Below are positions 50,101-62,358 of a stretch of DNA of 64,000 nt, piece after piece. Every line of letters starts with the position of its first letter. Position 1 is the stretch's first letter. Position numbers and translations under genes: made by a program. Origin of the DNA: Schmidtea nova. Lineage: Eukaryota. The notes under the pieces are model-generated. The model saw nothing but the letters and a program-made list of their open reading frames with translations, did not search any database and was not told the origin of the DNA. The stretch spans positions 405,790,001 through 405,854,000 of the forward strand of contig CM097882.1 of assembly GCA_044892505.1 (NCBI GenBank), given 5' to 3'.

Positions 50101-53100
50101 TTCAGTAGTAATTTCATGCTGCCAGAAAGATTTTTGTTTTTTCTCAATGAAATAATAATTTATTCATGAAGAGGTTGAATTAAAAAAAATCATTTATTTA
50201 TCGCTTCAATTAATTTATTGACTGTAATCATTGTCAATCTGAGCAGTCTTTTAATGAAATAATTCACTTCATTAACTGGTTCATAAATCTGATAAAATCT
50301 GCTAGTAGTTGTACATTTGATAACTCAATTCCAGTTGTCAAATCGAGTGTCATTATGATAGACATTATTTACCGGTGTCATTATGATTACACAATAGATT
50401 TGTAATTTATCAATCAATATTTACAGTGTCTCTGTAACTGCCAGCCGAGAATTTCTAGCTATAATTATTCAACACGCGTTTATCGGTCGATTTTAATATG
50501 GAAATTTATTTTAGCCTTTTTGAAATTTAAATTAGCCTTTTCTATGAATCTTTTTTCAAAAAATAACTCTTATAAAAACTTGCAATTTATCATAGGAAAG
50601 TAATATACAATAAACCGCTCGCAAGTACTGCTCCTTGGTAAGAGATGTAGATAATTATTTTTAGGTTATATGGCAGTTGGCCAAAATATGGTGCACAACC
50701 CACATGCGACTCTTGTGTTTTTCTATGGCTATTTGTAAATTAAAGATCTATAAAAATGAAATCATGATAATGTCTATTTTTACTATAAAAAATAAATAAC
50801 ACTAAATAATTATATATATTTTTAATAAAAGCCTTTTTGTTTTTTACTTAAAATTTTATTAATATTTGCTATATAATTCCAGTTCGAAAATTTTTTACGA
50901 ATATTTTTGATTTTTTTTTAAAAACTGCATATATTTTACGTAATATGCCGTTCTGTGTGTAACGCTATATAGTATTTTTAATTAAAAATTTTTTTTGATT
51001 CGCAAGTCTTCTTAAATTCGGAATTAAAATTTTAATGAAAAATAAAAGATATGATATATTTTACTTCTGTCATTTAAGACGGGACATTAGCTAGTAATAA
51101 TAAATCAATTATAATTAATTTACATATATTATTATTATCAATAATTCCCATAATGACTATGGATCAAAATTTCAATAAAAAAGTACACAATATTTCGGCA
51201 CAGCCTTTATCAAGTGTGTATTTTTTATAAAGGCTGTGTCGAAATATTGTGTACTTTTTTAAAGAAATTTTGATCTATAGTCATTATGGGAATTATTGAT
51301 AATAATAATAAAAAAAGATCAAAGGTGAAAAAATATAATTTACATATAAACAAATAAAGTTATGGCACTTTAATTTTTAGAAGTTGTCTTGTAGCTTTTA
51401 TACAAATGTTCTTGACCAATACATTGACCATACATTTTGATTATATAGACGATCAAATGCATGTAAAGTTGCAAGAATTTGTTCAATTATTACAAATAAA
51501 AATATTTTTGAATTGAATTCAACGTAAATAAAATTTTCTTCAAAGCTTGCCAAGAGGCTAATAAAAGTCCAGTAAATTAAAAAAAATATTCGGAAAAAGA
51601 TTAAATGCTGAAGTTACTGGAAGTTTATTTTACCTGCATTATTTTCAAGATCTTATTGAGAAATTTTCCGATTTACTGTAAATTTCAAATTTTAATACGA
51701 TCTTTTTAACGAAAATGGTATGTGATCAATTTACCAAATAAATGTCATTTATACAGTAATTTGCTCTATAAATTTAATAGAAAAAACAAACTGCCATAAC
51801 TATTCTGAATATGAGAAACGTTCGGAGATTGTATTCAAGGTTTTCTCGATAATATTATTACAATTCATGAGACACTACTTTCACTTTATGTTCTGCAGCT
51901 TAAAAAGGAATCAAAAGAGTGGAACTGCCTAGAGAGGTCTGTTTTTATGAAGATAATGTCATGAACAAATCACCGAAAGACGGTCATGTTTACTGTAAAT
52001 AGTGTTGGGGTTAGTATTTCTAAATAATTAATTCAAAAAAATAGAAAACTTGAACGTGTTGAATTTTTTTAAAAATTTCGCATAAAAAAGAGAATGCCCC
52101 CCAGGGGCTTGCTCGATTTCAATTGGTTATGACTCTTCGATTACTTTTTTTCATTTGTTGTGGAGTGTACATAATTTCCTATTGATGTGGGGCTCTATTA
52201 CTTGCACGATAACGCTACCATTCACACAAGAGCAGTTTCAATGGACACAACTGAGAGTTGTGGATATAACGTGCTTCCCCATCATTCCTACATTTGGCTC
52301 CATTGGACTTCTAATATTCTAATCACATCAAGACATGCTCGTGATGTCATCATTTTGCCACAAAAGACGATTTGAAAGATTCACAGACGTATTTTATGGG
52401 CGAAAAGCCTCAGAATTTCTTCAAAATCGCCTTCCAAAGCCTGATTACACACTAGAAGAAATGAAAATGGAAATTATTTTGAGAAATAAACCAAACATGA
52501 TTTGCTTATTGAATATATGAAATATATTTGCGATCATTTATTTATTTCTACAAGTCTCACTGCTTATTGGGCGCACCACGTACAACTCAAACTGAAATCT
52601 TTTTGAGCTCAAGTTTGTGCTTCAAAGATTTTGCATCCATTTCATTCCAATAGCAGCATATATTGCAAAACATTAGATTAGAAAAAGTCCGTGGTTGAAA
52701 TCTAACCGACCCGTGAAAATGACCAACAGGTAGTTTAAGGTTGATAAACACTGGTTTAGTATTTGGTGCAGGTCAGTGAATGAAATTAATAATATTATTA
52801 CCGGTCCGCGTAAGAAAAGTTAAATATTGTCCGGTTGAAAAACATTGATAAAATTAATTAAAATTTCTGAAATAGAAAAGAAAAGGTGAAAATTAAAAAT
52901 GTTAAAGATATAAAATTCTTGAAATAACAAAATTATCATTACGACCGGGAATTTAAAACTAACTACGCGCTGAATTTCACGATCACAAAAAGTGTAAATT
53001 AATCTATAAAGAGAATTTATGAAATTGTGCTAGACAGAAACAATATCATTAGATTGAGTTCGATAGAATTTGTGAAAATACTGTGCTAAATTTGTAAAAA

Positions 53101-53603
53101 AACTTTACTTGTTGAGTCTTATTTATTTGAATAATATAACACGTGGGTGTCGACAGTGACAGACAGCCTATCGAAGCCATTTGGAAACCCAACTGTGTAG
53201 ACATAAATATTTAAAATAAATATTCACTCTGATAAGCCAATAACGTCCCAATAAATGTCAAAATCATTTAGTTTTTAATTATCCAAAGTTTAAAGATTAA
53301 TAATAAATTTTATCCAAAATTTAAAATGATTCATAATCGTTTTCCTATTTTGTTTACACTTTCTTTGATTCATATAAAATTAATAATAAACACAAATTTC
53401 ATGTCAATATCAAATTGGTTATTGAAAATCCAAATAAAAAAACTCACCTTCGTTAACAATTTATCGACTAAATCATTCAAAAGAATCGGTTTCGGCTGGA
53501 AATTCTCCAACGTTTTCGGCACGCTTTCAAAATATTGATTTTCATTCTCGTCTTCCGAACGCCGCCGCTTTCGAATCAACTGATTTCCGCAAGTAGACTG
53601 TAG
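43632..53603 (-). CDS. gpc: Glypican-family heparan sulfate proteoglycan, 3' exons 53448-53603, 49577-49689, 46617-46830, 46244-46567, 43632-44063 (5' part not resolved)
   Basis: Phase-consistent GT-AG splicing gives LQSTCGNQLIRKRRRS..LNDLVDKLLTK|MKDM..TICSN..QCWNGAEITTG|YKPIM..ISP..IMKLQKITTIL. This follows the glypican CG..LDRLV..C..CWNG..Y..NPEV..I..L pattern. Four EGSG sites and a hydrophobic GPI-type C-terminus (FYPVMFFSLFVIYILL). Confidence 0.85.
45871..45908 (+). ncRNA. Minimal type I hammerhead ribozyme motif (Penelope-like element type)
   Basis: GATAC-CUGAAGA-U-GACA-gag-UGUC-GAAA-UAUAUA/GUUC: conserved core, 4-bp stem II, 2-bp palindromic stem III, weak stem I, followed by a (TA)n tail. 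Confidence 0.6.
47084..47133. repeat. (TA)n microsatellite
   Basis: Direct reading of the sequence. Confidence 0.95.
47987..48621. mobile_element. Solo LTR-like insertion in a glypican intron
   Basis: TGTAACG...GACAACA termini, GC content above flanks, flanked by ATTTTTG on both sides (7 bp, atypical for an LTR TSD). Confidence 0.4.
51128..51333. mobile_element. Palindromic MITE (family copy 1)
   Basis: Arms ATTATCAATAATTCCCATAATGACTAT.GATCAAAATTT..TACACAATATTTCG.CACAGCCTTT and their reverse complement; the right end carries AAGATCAAAGGTGAAAA. Confidence 0.8.
51800..52520 (+). mobile_element. Decayed mariner (DD34D) transposase remnant
   Basis: LHDNATIHT..CGYNVLPHHSY (HDNA..H..YSPDL pattern); KKESKEW upstream; RRFERF..FYGRKASEF downstream. 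Confidence 0.6.
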
Positions 53604-56600
53604 CTGAAAATTAGGGGGGGAAATTAAACAACATCAAAATATCAACAACAACGAAAAACCCCACGCATCGAAAATTATTTAATCCTAAATAAAATCAATT
53701 ATACAATGTGAACAAAAACTAAAAAAACATTTTCAAGTTTAATTAGATGACACCATTCTTTTTTTGCAAGACTGATTTGCAATGGTTGGATGTCTTGAAA
53801 AACAACGAAAGAAATATGACGACAGAAACTGGTTTTTTCCCTTTTTTTACCATTCGCCTTTTTTTCCTCCTGTCTAGATAGCAGGAGAAATTATAAAAAA
53901 ACACAGCTGTTAAAGGATGCAATTGAATTCTGTCGGGCTTGGCATTTGTGCTGCCAATCTGTTTACAGCACCGCCTACAGTAGCGCGGCTGTGCGCATCA
54001 GCACAGTCTGGACTGGTGTGAATAATACAGATAATCCGGTAATGAATACTACTAATAAATACCATCATGATACCACATAACATGGTATATTATTAATTCG
54101 TTCTTTTTTTCTCGATAAACAAGAAAAAAAATTATTTTTGAGAATAAAATCGAAAAAATATATTGACAGGATTTTGGGGAACGCAATTTAGAGAATTCTA
54201 TCACTGTTCTACATAGATGAAGCTAGAAAACGATTAAAAATTGAGAAATGGTAATCTCATTGGATTCATCATTCACACACACACGCAAACAAGATAATGA
54301 TATTTCAGTAAATTTTGGTTACCATGCCAATTTATCGGCAATTGAGCAAATTCTGAAATTACAGATATATTTCTGTAAATCGCCAACAGCATTATATGCA
54401 AATCTTTATGTTCTCTAATATATACATATATCTTTTCGTTATACTGGTTTCATTTCGATAGAATAAAACAATTAATATTTATTTCACAGAATTCTAGACT
54501 GATAAATCGAACATGGAAAATCCATCAATTTATGGAAAACATTTCAATTTGTTCAAACGATAACAACGACAAAAATCATTCAAAATATAAGTTTATTAGG
54601 AAAAAATCTGAAATATTTTCTTAACTAATTGATGTAATTTTTTCGATTTTTGAATGAATTAAATTAAAAACAATTAACATTAATTTCACAGAATTCGAGA
54701 CAGAGCATTCGATGCAAGGGACATGGAAAATCCATCAATGTTTGGATGAAAATTTTATTTTATTCAAGCGTTAACAATAAAAATTATTATAAAATATTTA
54801 AGCTTATTACAAACAAAACCAAACTGAAATATTTTCCGAAAATTTTACTAATTCTTTCAATAAATGAAACAAATTCCTTAATTAATTAATAAATTATTTT
54901 TTTTCGATTTTGGAATTAATCAAATTGCCAGATAAATTAATAATTCATTTCAAAATATGAAATTATGTAGATTTTGACAAATTGATCAATTAACTATTCA
55001 ACTGGAACAAGCTTTAAAACAAACAAATGGAAGCAGTTCTGAGGACAAACCAGGTTGACCGCAATTGAAATTAAGCTGTCAAGTCAAATACAAATAAAAA
55101 TTATACATTTTAAAAATAAAAGTAGCCTTTTAAAAGCATTTAAAATTTACCAATTTCCCTTAATTTAATGATGGGTTGAAAAGGGTGTAGTTACCGAGAG
55201 AAGAGAAACACTGAAGAAGTTTAAATCGAATATTGGAGATATCAAGTTTATATAAATGTTTAATTCACAGAGGGGTGTTGAGGATAAACTTCTAGAAAGT
55301 TATTCATAAAAAATTAGGTGTAGAATCGGTTCTAGAAGCAATGCTTTGTTTCCTCTTTTAATGGCTAACAATATTACGCAAGTAAAATAAGAGAAAAATT
55401 CATCCGTTGTAAAAAAATCCAGTGCTGAAAAATTTTTCCGAAAAAATTATATAATTGAACAACAAATATTATACAGAGCGGCTGAGATTATTCGGATGAC
55501 CATTATCGTTTGTGCTGACCCGGCAAGCTAATAACACCCGTTTTGAATAACAATTCACCAATAAATATCGCATGTTAAATCTATGAACTAAACCTTATTC
55601 TTCAAATTGAATTTGTTTGTAAGATGCTTCAAATGATTTGAGTGAATGCATAAATAAGTAATGGAGTTCCCGATTCCAAAATTGGAAGAAAGAACAGTGA
55701 AAGTGATGAAAGAGATTTATGAAAACTACGAAAGAGACAAATATACCTTAATTGCATTTTTCCCAATTATAAATCTTATAAAAATGCTAGTAAAATTGCA
55801 ATTGACGAAGTCTGAGCTTATGGCTGCTCATGTTATTTGTTTGGTTTGCGAACGCTCTTAAAATTTAGCTCAAAAGAAAATTATAAATTAATCTTTTAGT
55901 TTAATTTTATTCATAAATTCTTTTAGGGAGTTAAATAATGAGATACTGTTTCAAACATTCATTTTTTATAAAGACGATTAAATTTTTTTAAAAAAAAGTA
56001 CACGAATTTTCGGCAAATCCTTTTTCAAGTACAAACTTGATAATAGGTTGTACAGGAAATTTGTGTACTTTTATAAAAAATATTGATAGTCATTATAAAA
56101 AATAAAAATTTCTGAAATAGAAAAGATCAAAGATGATATTAAGGAAGAAATCATGGAAAAACCTTATCATCGATTATCATATTTCACGGCTGTTGCTGGT
56201 TTGGCTTTTAAAATATTCCGTTAGTCCAGTATGTTTGATAAGCTTCACCAATGTCAGTTGCGCCACATCTTACATAAGCATTTTTTATGCGATGATTTTT
56301 GGAAAAAACACTTATAATTATGAAAAAAAAAGAATTAATTAAAATTTTAATTATCTTCATGGTCACTTTTACATCTAAAATAAAAAATGACATATGTTTT
56401 GCAAATTATTTTTTTTTTGAAAAGAAGAAATTTTAGTCAACAAAATGTTTTAGTTATGACCAAAAATCTTTGTAATATTGTATTAATTTTTATATTTTTT
56501 AAATGGGGGGGGGTGTTCACTGCAGGTCAATGTTTTATATTTAACACAAATTTTCCTTTTCCGTGTAATAGTTTTGAAACGAAATTAAAATTCTCATTAA

Positions 56601-57520
56601 ATTGAATTATTTTTCAATTAGCTCTGTTACAATTATAGATAAAAAGGAAATTTATTTTATGCATAATTATAATTGTGAATAAAATAAAAAAATTCACATT
56701 AAAAGATTATTAACAAATAAATTCCCAGATTTGAAATTGAAAATTTACCATTATTTACAAAAATCAAATAAAATTCGCACAATAATTTAGGGAAATGAAT
56801 CGATAAAATTGTTAAATTTGAGAAGAGTTTTTATTTATCCCAATAGATATTTAAAATTCGGTAGTAACAATTTTATTCTTTAGAGTTTGAAAATAAATAA
56901 TAAATCATTATTTTTAATGATAAATTTTATTAATTATTATACCTAAAATCACAAAACTGGGAAATTTTCAATACCAGTATCAATGAGATTCGATAACAAT
57001 TTCGATACAGTAAAAAAAGATTAGATTAAAATTAGCATTTTCAAGCCAGTCTGCCACGGCTTGCAGTAGGGATGTCTCGGATTCTTGTCAAAAATTTATA
57101 TCCAATACTGAAATGGCAGATATTTCACCGACATTGTATTTGATAATAATTTTTATTATATATTTCATCACATATTTTGCAAACAATAATCGTTGGAAAA
57201 AATTAAAATAATAAAAAAAGTGTCTATTATGCTACTTTTTCTCAGTATCAATTACGACAGCAATCCGAAAATGCATTTATATTTGGAGCCTTTTTTAGTT
57301 ATAATCTCGTCACCGTTTCTTATTAACAAATAGTTTATCAAAATTAAAAAAGTTAAATAATATCAAGTTTTTTTTTAAAAAAATTAAAATTTTTGGATAT
57401 TAGGAAACACCAGCTGTTATTAGTTTACATTCTACCTGAAAGGATTTATTTTGAAAATATCCAAAATTATTAATAATAAAAGAAAACTTCGGGTTAAATT
57501 AAATAAAAAAATTAATTATA

Positions 57521-59529
57521 CAGTCAAATCTTGTTACTATACAACCTCGATACTATGCCACTCTCCATATTATACCACTTTTACTAGGTTCCAACAAAAT
57601 TAAATATAAAATAAAGTTACTATACCACTCTCTACTCTCGCTACTATGCCTTTATTGTGTAACTGTCAAAAGACACGAGTTTTTAAAAGCCTATGTTTTT
57701 GCACAATGCTCGATTATCACTCACGTCCCAAAGGTGAAGGGATAAATTAAGTCTAACTGCATACAACAACACTTAATACGTACATGCATAGAATGACTGT
57801 GTCAAAGTCAAACATATAATGCTTCTCGCAGATAACAACTACAACAAGCCAATCACAAGATGTACAGCAACAAATCTATAACCAAAGCTAATAAGAGCTT
57901 ATAAAAGCGCGAGCTTAGTTAAATACTCCCATAATAGTGACGTAATTTTTTTTCAAATTAAACCCATAATGTCAGCTCAGAAACGCCAGTGAACTAACTT
58001 TATTGATACTGCGAAGAGGGAGCCGAATCAAACCAAGTTGGCCAGGAAGATAAGCAGGAAATGGGGCGTCGAAGTTAAGAGAACCACGGTGAAGGGCATT
58101 CTCAGCAAAAAGGATGCAATCGAGACTGCAATGAAATCTGGTGTTCCACCGAAGTGCATGAAGTTGACACAAGCACACGACCCGAAGCTTGATGAGGGAG
58201 TGCTCATATGGCTGAAGCAAGCAAGAGAACAGAATTTGCCTGTCAGTGGTAATTTAATCAAGGAGAAGGCGATAAAACTGGCCTATAAAAACTGTATATT
58301 CCAGGATTCATGGCTAGCGAAAGTTGGTTAGACAATTTTAAAAAACGCCACGCCATCACGTTTAAGACGATGCATGGCGAAGCTGGAGCAGTATATTTAC
58401 AATCTCTTCTTGAGTGGCAACAGCAAATTCTCCGGCCATTACTCACACAGTTCTCTGCAGACGACATCTTCAACCTGAATGAGACAGGACTCTTCTGGCA
58501 ACTACTTCCGTACAAGACCATGACTTTCAGAGGATACCAGTGTACATGAGAAAAGAAAAGTAAGCAAAGGATCACTCTTTTAGTTAGGGCAAATATGAGT
58601 GGCATCGAAAAGTTTCCTCTTTTGGTAATTGGCGCTTCTAAAAGACCCCATGCTTTCAAGAATAAAGAGATCCCGGCCGAATACAAGGCGAACTCTAAGA
58701 CATGGAAGCTTTTTGAGGAAATATTGCGTGCGTGGGGCGGGAGACTTAGCCAGCAGGGGCGTAGAGAGCTGATTTGTTTTGATAACTTTGCTGGCCACCC
58801 TCCCGAACTCGAGCTGAACAGCATTCAACTAGTCTTCTTCCCACCCAACCCGACAGTCAACTCGCAACCAATGGATCAAAGAATCATAGAAAACCTCAAA
58901 CGCCACTACATGAAGTACAGGTCACCGAATTGAGGGCATGGATGAAGGAAATGAGTTTAAGTTTGCGTTGGTTTACGCTTTACATGTCGCCCGACGTGCT
59001 TGGTTGCAGGTCAGCATGTCGACGAAGGCTAAGTTTATTGAAGAGGAGATCCAAACTGAGGTACAGGATGCGGAGCTGCTCGATATCTGGGAAGCTCTGC
59101 CTGCCGATGAAAAGATGTACAAGAACGAGGAGATTGAGCTGTCTGACTTTCTCAAAGATAATGAGCGCCTCGCGACTGGTGGGACTTTTACACTGGAGGA
59201 GATGCTATGATGTGAAGAGCCAATGGGAAGCAAGGATGACGATATAACTGTTGAAGAGGAAGTCGTTTCATTCGAGGAAGCTCAGTGCACTTAGAGCACT
59301 GTACAGAAGTTAATGCACCATAAAAGTGGAAAGCCAGATGTGATGCAAACGTGCGATCAGTTAGATAACAACATGCACGTAATCCGCCAAAAGAAGATGC
59401 GACAACTGACAATTCTTGAGGGCTTTGGTAGGATAAGTAATTGAGAAAATAAATATATTTTTACAAACCCTCGCTACTATGCCACTCTTGCTTGATCCTG
59501 CCAGGTGGCATAGTAACGAGATTTGACTG
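57521..59529 (+). mobile_element. Tigger (CENP-B/pogo) transposon, 2009 bp, frameshifted transposase
   Basis: 22-bp TIRs CAGTCAAATCT(T/C)GTTACTAT(A/G)C with TA TSD on both sides; LDEGVLIWLKQAR..PVSG.LIKEKA; WLDNFKKRH; IFNLNETGLFW; RITLLVRANMSG.EK..LVIG.SK.P; DNFAGH; QPMDQRII. Confidence 0.93.
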
Positions 59530-61080
59530 TATTTGGTTCACGTCTGACGTGAAAGGTTTAATTTAATAAATATCCTAATTGTTGATAATAAAAGATAAAT
59601 TCGGTATAAATTTAGAAAAATTAAATTAAATAAAATCTTTAATTAAATTATATTGATGTACGTTAAAGGCTTTCTGTAAAAAAAGTAAAATATTTAGAAA
59701 GAAAAGAACTGTAGTTGCTTAAAATGTTAAAAGTAAATGGAATTACCAAAACAAGTCGTCTAAAATTACACCAAAAATACACACTTAATAAAGACTGTGC
59801 CGAAATATCGTGCACCTAACAAACAAAAATTATTAAATTAAGAAAACGAGATCAAGGGTGAAACCAAAAGATAATTATGATATTACAAAAATATTTTAAA
59901 GATTTATATAGTAAAAATGAATAATTCAGAAACTCACAACTCTGAAACTTTGAAAGTGAAATGAAGAAATATGATTATATATTATTACAAAGACCAAAAT
60001 AATGATGTCTATAAACCTTAAATTCATATACTAGTTATTTTTTTTATTTAGAAAAACTTCTCTAAATACATCAAAATAAATATTTTATTAATAACTTTTA
60101 AACCCCTACGCCTGAAATTTGTGAATCAGCCGACATTATTCATTTACTAAATGATTGCCTACCAAGAAATGAAATATCAAAACCATTTACAGACATCAAC
60201 AGCTCGATAACTACCCGACGTCGAGTCACAGTGTCTGCCGGATGCAATTTGAGAGATATTGATAAACTTATAAATTATCAAAATTGTCATTATGACAGAT
60301 TTAATCAAATACTGGAATTAATCACGAATTTCTAAGACGAAGTATAGATGAAAAATCAACTTGTCAGTTTCATAATTATTAGAAGCTTGTTATTTAACTC
60401 AACCGTGACTTATATATTATTATTGAAGAATTTTAGTGCCAAAATATGATTTAGTGCAATGAAAACTTGTAATTTTTAAATAGTAAAAATTACATTTTTT
60501 AGAGTTTTATTTTTCTAACCTTATTTGAAGTTTGTTATGTGATTATCAATAGATAATAGAGCAAAACGATTTTCATGGTTAATTAATGACTGAATAATTT
60601 TTGTTTACTAAATGAATATTTTCAGTAAATTGATGTGTTAAATGTGAGAAACATTCAAATTTGTATACTACGTGATGCGTTAAAAAAGTAACCGACACGA
60701 AATAGAAAACAATGTTTTATTAGCATCAATTTTTTCAAGAAAGAACACCAACATATATAGGTACTATTTTTCAACGCTAATTCAGAATTACGCGAATTGA
60801 GATATCAAAAATATTTTTTACTCGATCAACCTAAAATATAACGAAAAAATCTTAATTCAAAAGAAAACTTTTATAGAATTGCATTAAAAGAATTTCAAAT
60901 CTAATGGGTACCAAAATAAAAATCATTTATCGTAAATAAAATTTTGATAATATGTATATTATCCTTAAACAATTTTAAAATATTATTATCCCTAAAATAT
61001 TTCTAATCATAATAAAAACCATTTGATCTTTAATTGAAATTTAATAAAAAAATGCCGTAAATATCTGTAAATTTAATTCT

Positions 61081-61520
61081 ACGATTCCGTCAAATTGCTC
61101 CTTTACAGCAGTAGAAAGAGATAATAATTTGTGATATAATTTTGACACTGACATAAACGAATTAGGAAGTTCCTCGGTGATTTTTCGTTGTGAATTAGCG
61201 TGAAATGCTCTCACGTCGTAATGCTGTTATTGAATCGAATCTGCACATTTATAAACTCCGAATTTGTATCAGACAAAAAATAGAATAACTTTAATACTAA
61301 AAATAAATTATAGCCAACTTTGGAACTTTAATATTAGTTAGGCAGTAATTCATTTTAAATGTCGTTGCCAAAATGAAAATGTTTTCAAATAATTCCGGTA
61401 CGCTTAGATTTGATGGCAAAAACATAAAGAATTTAAATGTCAACCTAATCAGACAAAGAGATGTAGGTAAAGCAAGCCCTCCTACATAATAATTATAAAT
61501 AAATTTCCCACAATTTCGTC
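61081..61520 (-). CDS. Candidate further glypican exon(s), N-terminal helical core
   Basis: Minus strand YNYYVGG..VPELFENIF..NYCL and RAFHANSQRKITEELPNSFMSVSKLYHKL resemble GPC [45 protein letters not shown]. Splice donors are weak. Confidence 0.3.
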
Positions 61521-61594
61521 TAGAAAAAAGACAAAATAATTTACTGAATTTTAAAATTATAAAGGTTTTTTGATTTTCAATTATTTTCACTTAA

Positions 61595-61599
61595 TAATG

Positions 61600-61670
<71 letters not shown>
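61595..61670. repeat. (TAA)n microsatellite
   Basis: Direct reading of the sequence. Confidence 0.95.
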
Positions 61671-61671
<1 letters not shown>

Positions 61672-61682
61672 TCATAATTATC

Positions 61683-61858
61683 TTTTTTCACCTTTAATCT
61701 TTTTTTATTATTATTATCAATAATTCTCATAATGATGAATATAGATCAAAATTTTTTTTGTAAACAATAACACAATATTTCGACACAGCCTTTATCAAGT
61801 GTTGAAGGCTGTGCCGAAATATTGTGTTATTGTTTATAAAAAAAATTTTGATATATAG
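61683..61858. mobile_element. Palindromic MITE (family copy 2, right end in an N gap)
   Basis: Same arm sequence as 51128-51333, left end TTTTTCACCTTTAATCT. Confidence 0.75.
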
Positions 61859-62358
61859 NNNNNNNNNNNNNNNNNNNNNNNNNNNNNNNNNNNNNNNNNN
61901 NNNNNNNNNNNNNNNNNNNNNNNNNNNNNNNNNNNNNNNNNNNNNNNNNNNNNNNNNNNNNNNNNNNNNNNNNNNNNNNNNNNNNNNNNNNNNNNNNNNN
62001 NNNNNCTCAATCTTTGTAATTGACTAGATTCTAGGACAATGATTTTAATATATATATTGCTGATTAAAAATTAAATATGTTATTTATCATAAATAATTAA
62101 TAAACAAAAAATCCTGTGTTATTCATGTTTGAAAATCAAACATTAAAATGCAATAGTAAATTGTTGTTGGTTGAGAATTTATAAACCAGATAAGGTATAC
62201 GGAAAAGTATTAAAAAAGTTATAGATAAATTTTTGGTGGATGAATGATAAATTCATTATGTCTTTTTAGTCTTTTATGAATAAAAATAGTATTTTTAAAA
62301 AATGGTAAATTTTTTAAATTTTTATTCACAATTTACATTATATGTTGTATTTCATATA

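Noticed and set aside
49917-50147. 76-aa minus-strand ORF as a glypican exon
   Set aside because: Exon 53448-53603 splices in phase directly to 49689 and preserves the glypican motif spacing.
51075-51096. ACGGGACATTAGCTAGT resembling a Helitron 3' end
   Set aside because: The left arm of the hairpin and a 5' TC end were not identified.
54470-54780. Diverged tandem duplication of about 210-bp period
   Set aside because: Real but non-coding, with no terminal structure or motif.
60102-60335. 77-codon stop-free frame on the plus strand
   Set aside because: No ATG, no usable splice acceptor, no motif.
61390-61470. Plus-strand SGTLRFDGKNIKNLNVNLIRQR resembling an ABC-transporter NBD segment
   Set aside because: No Walker A upstream, flanked by stops, and the opposite strand fits glypican better.
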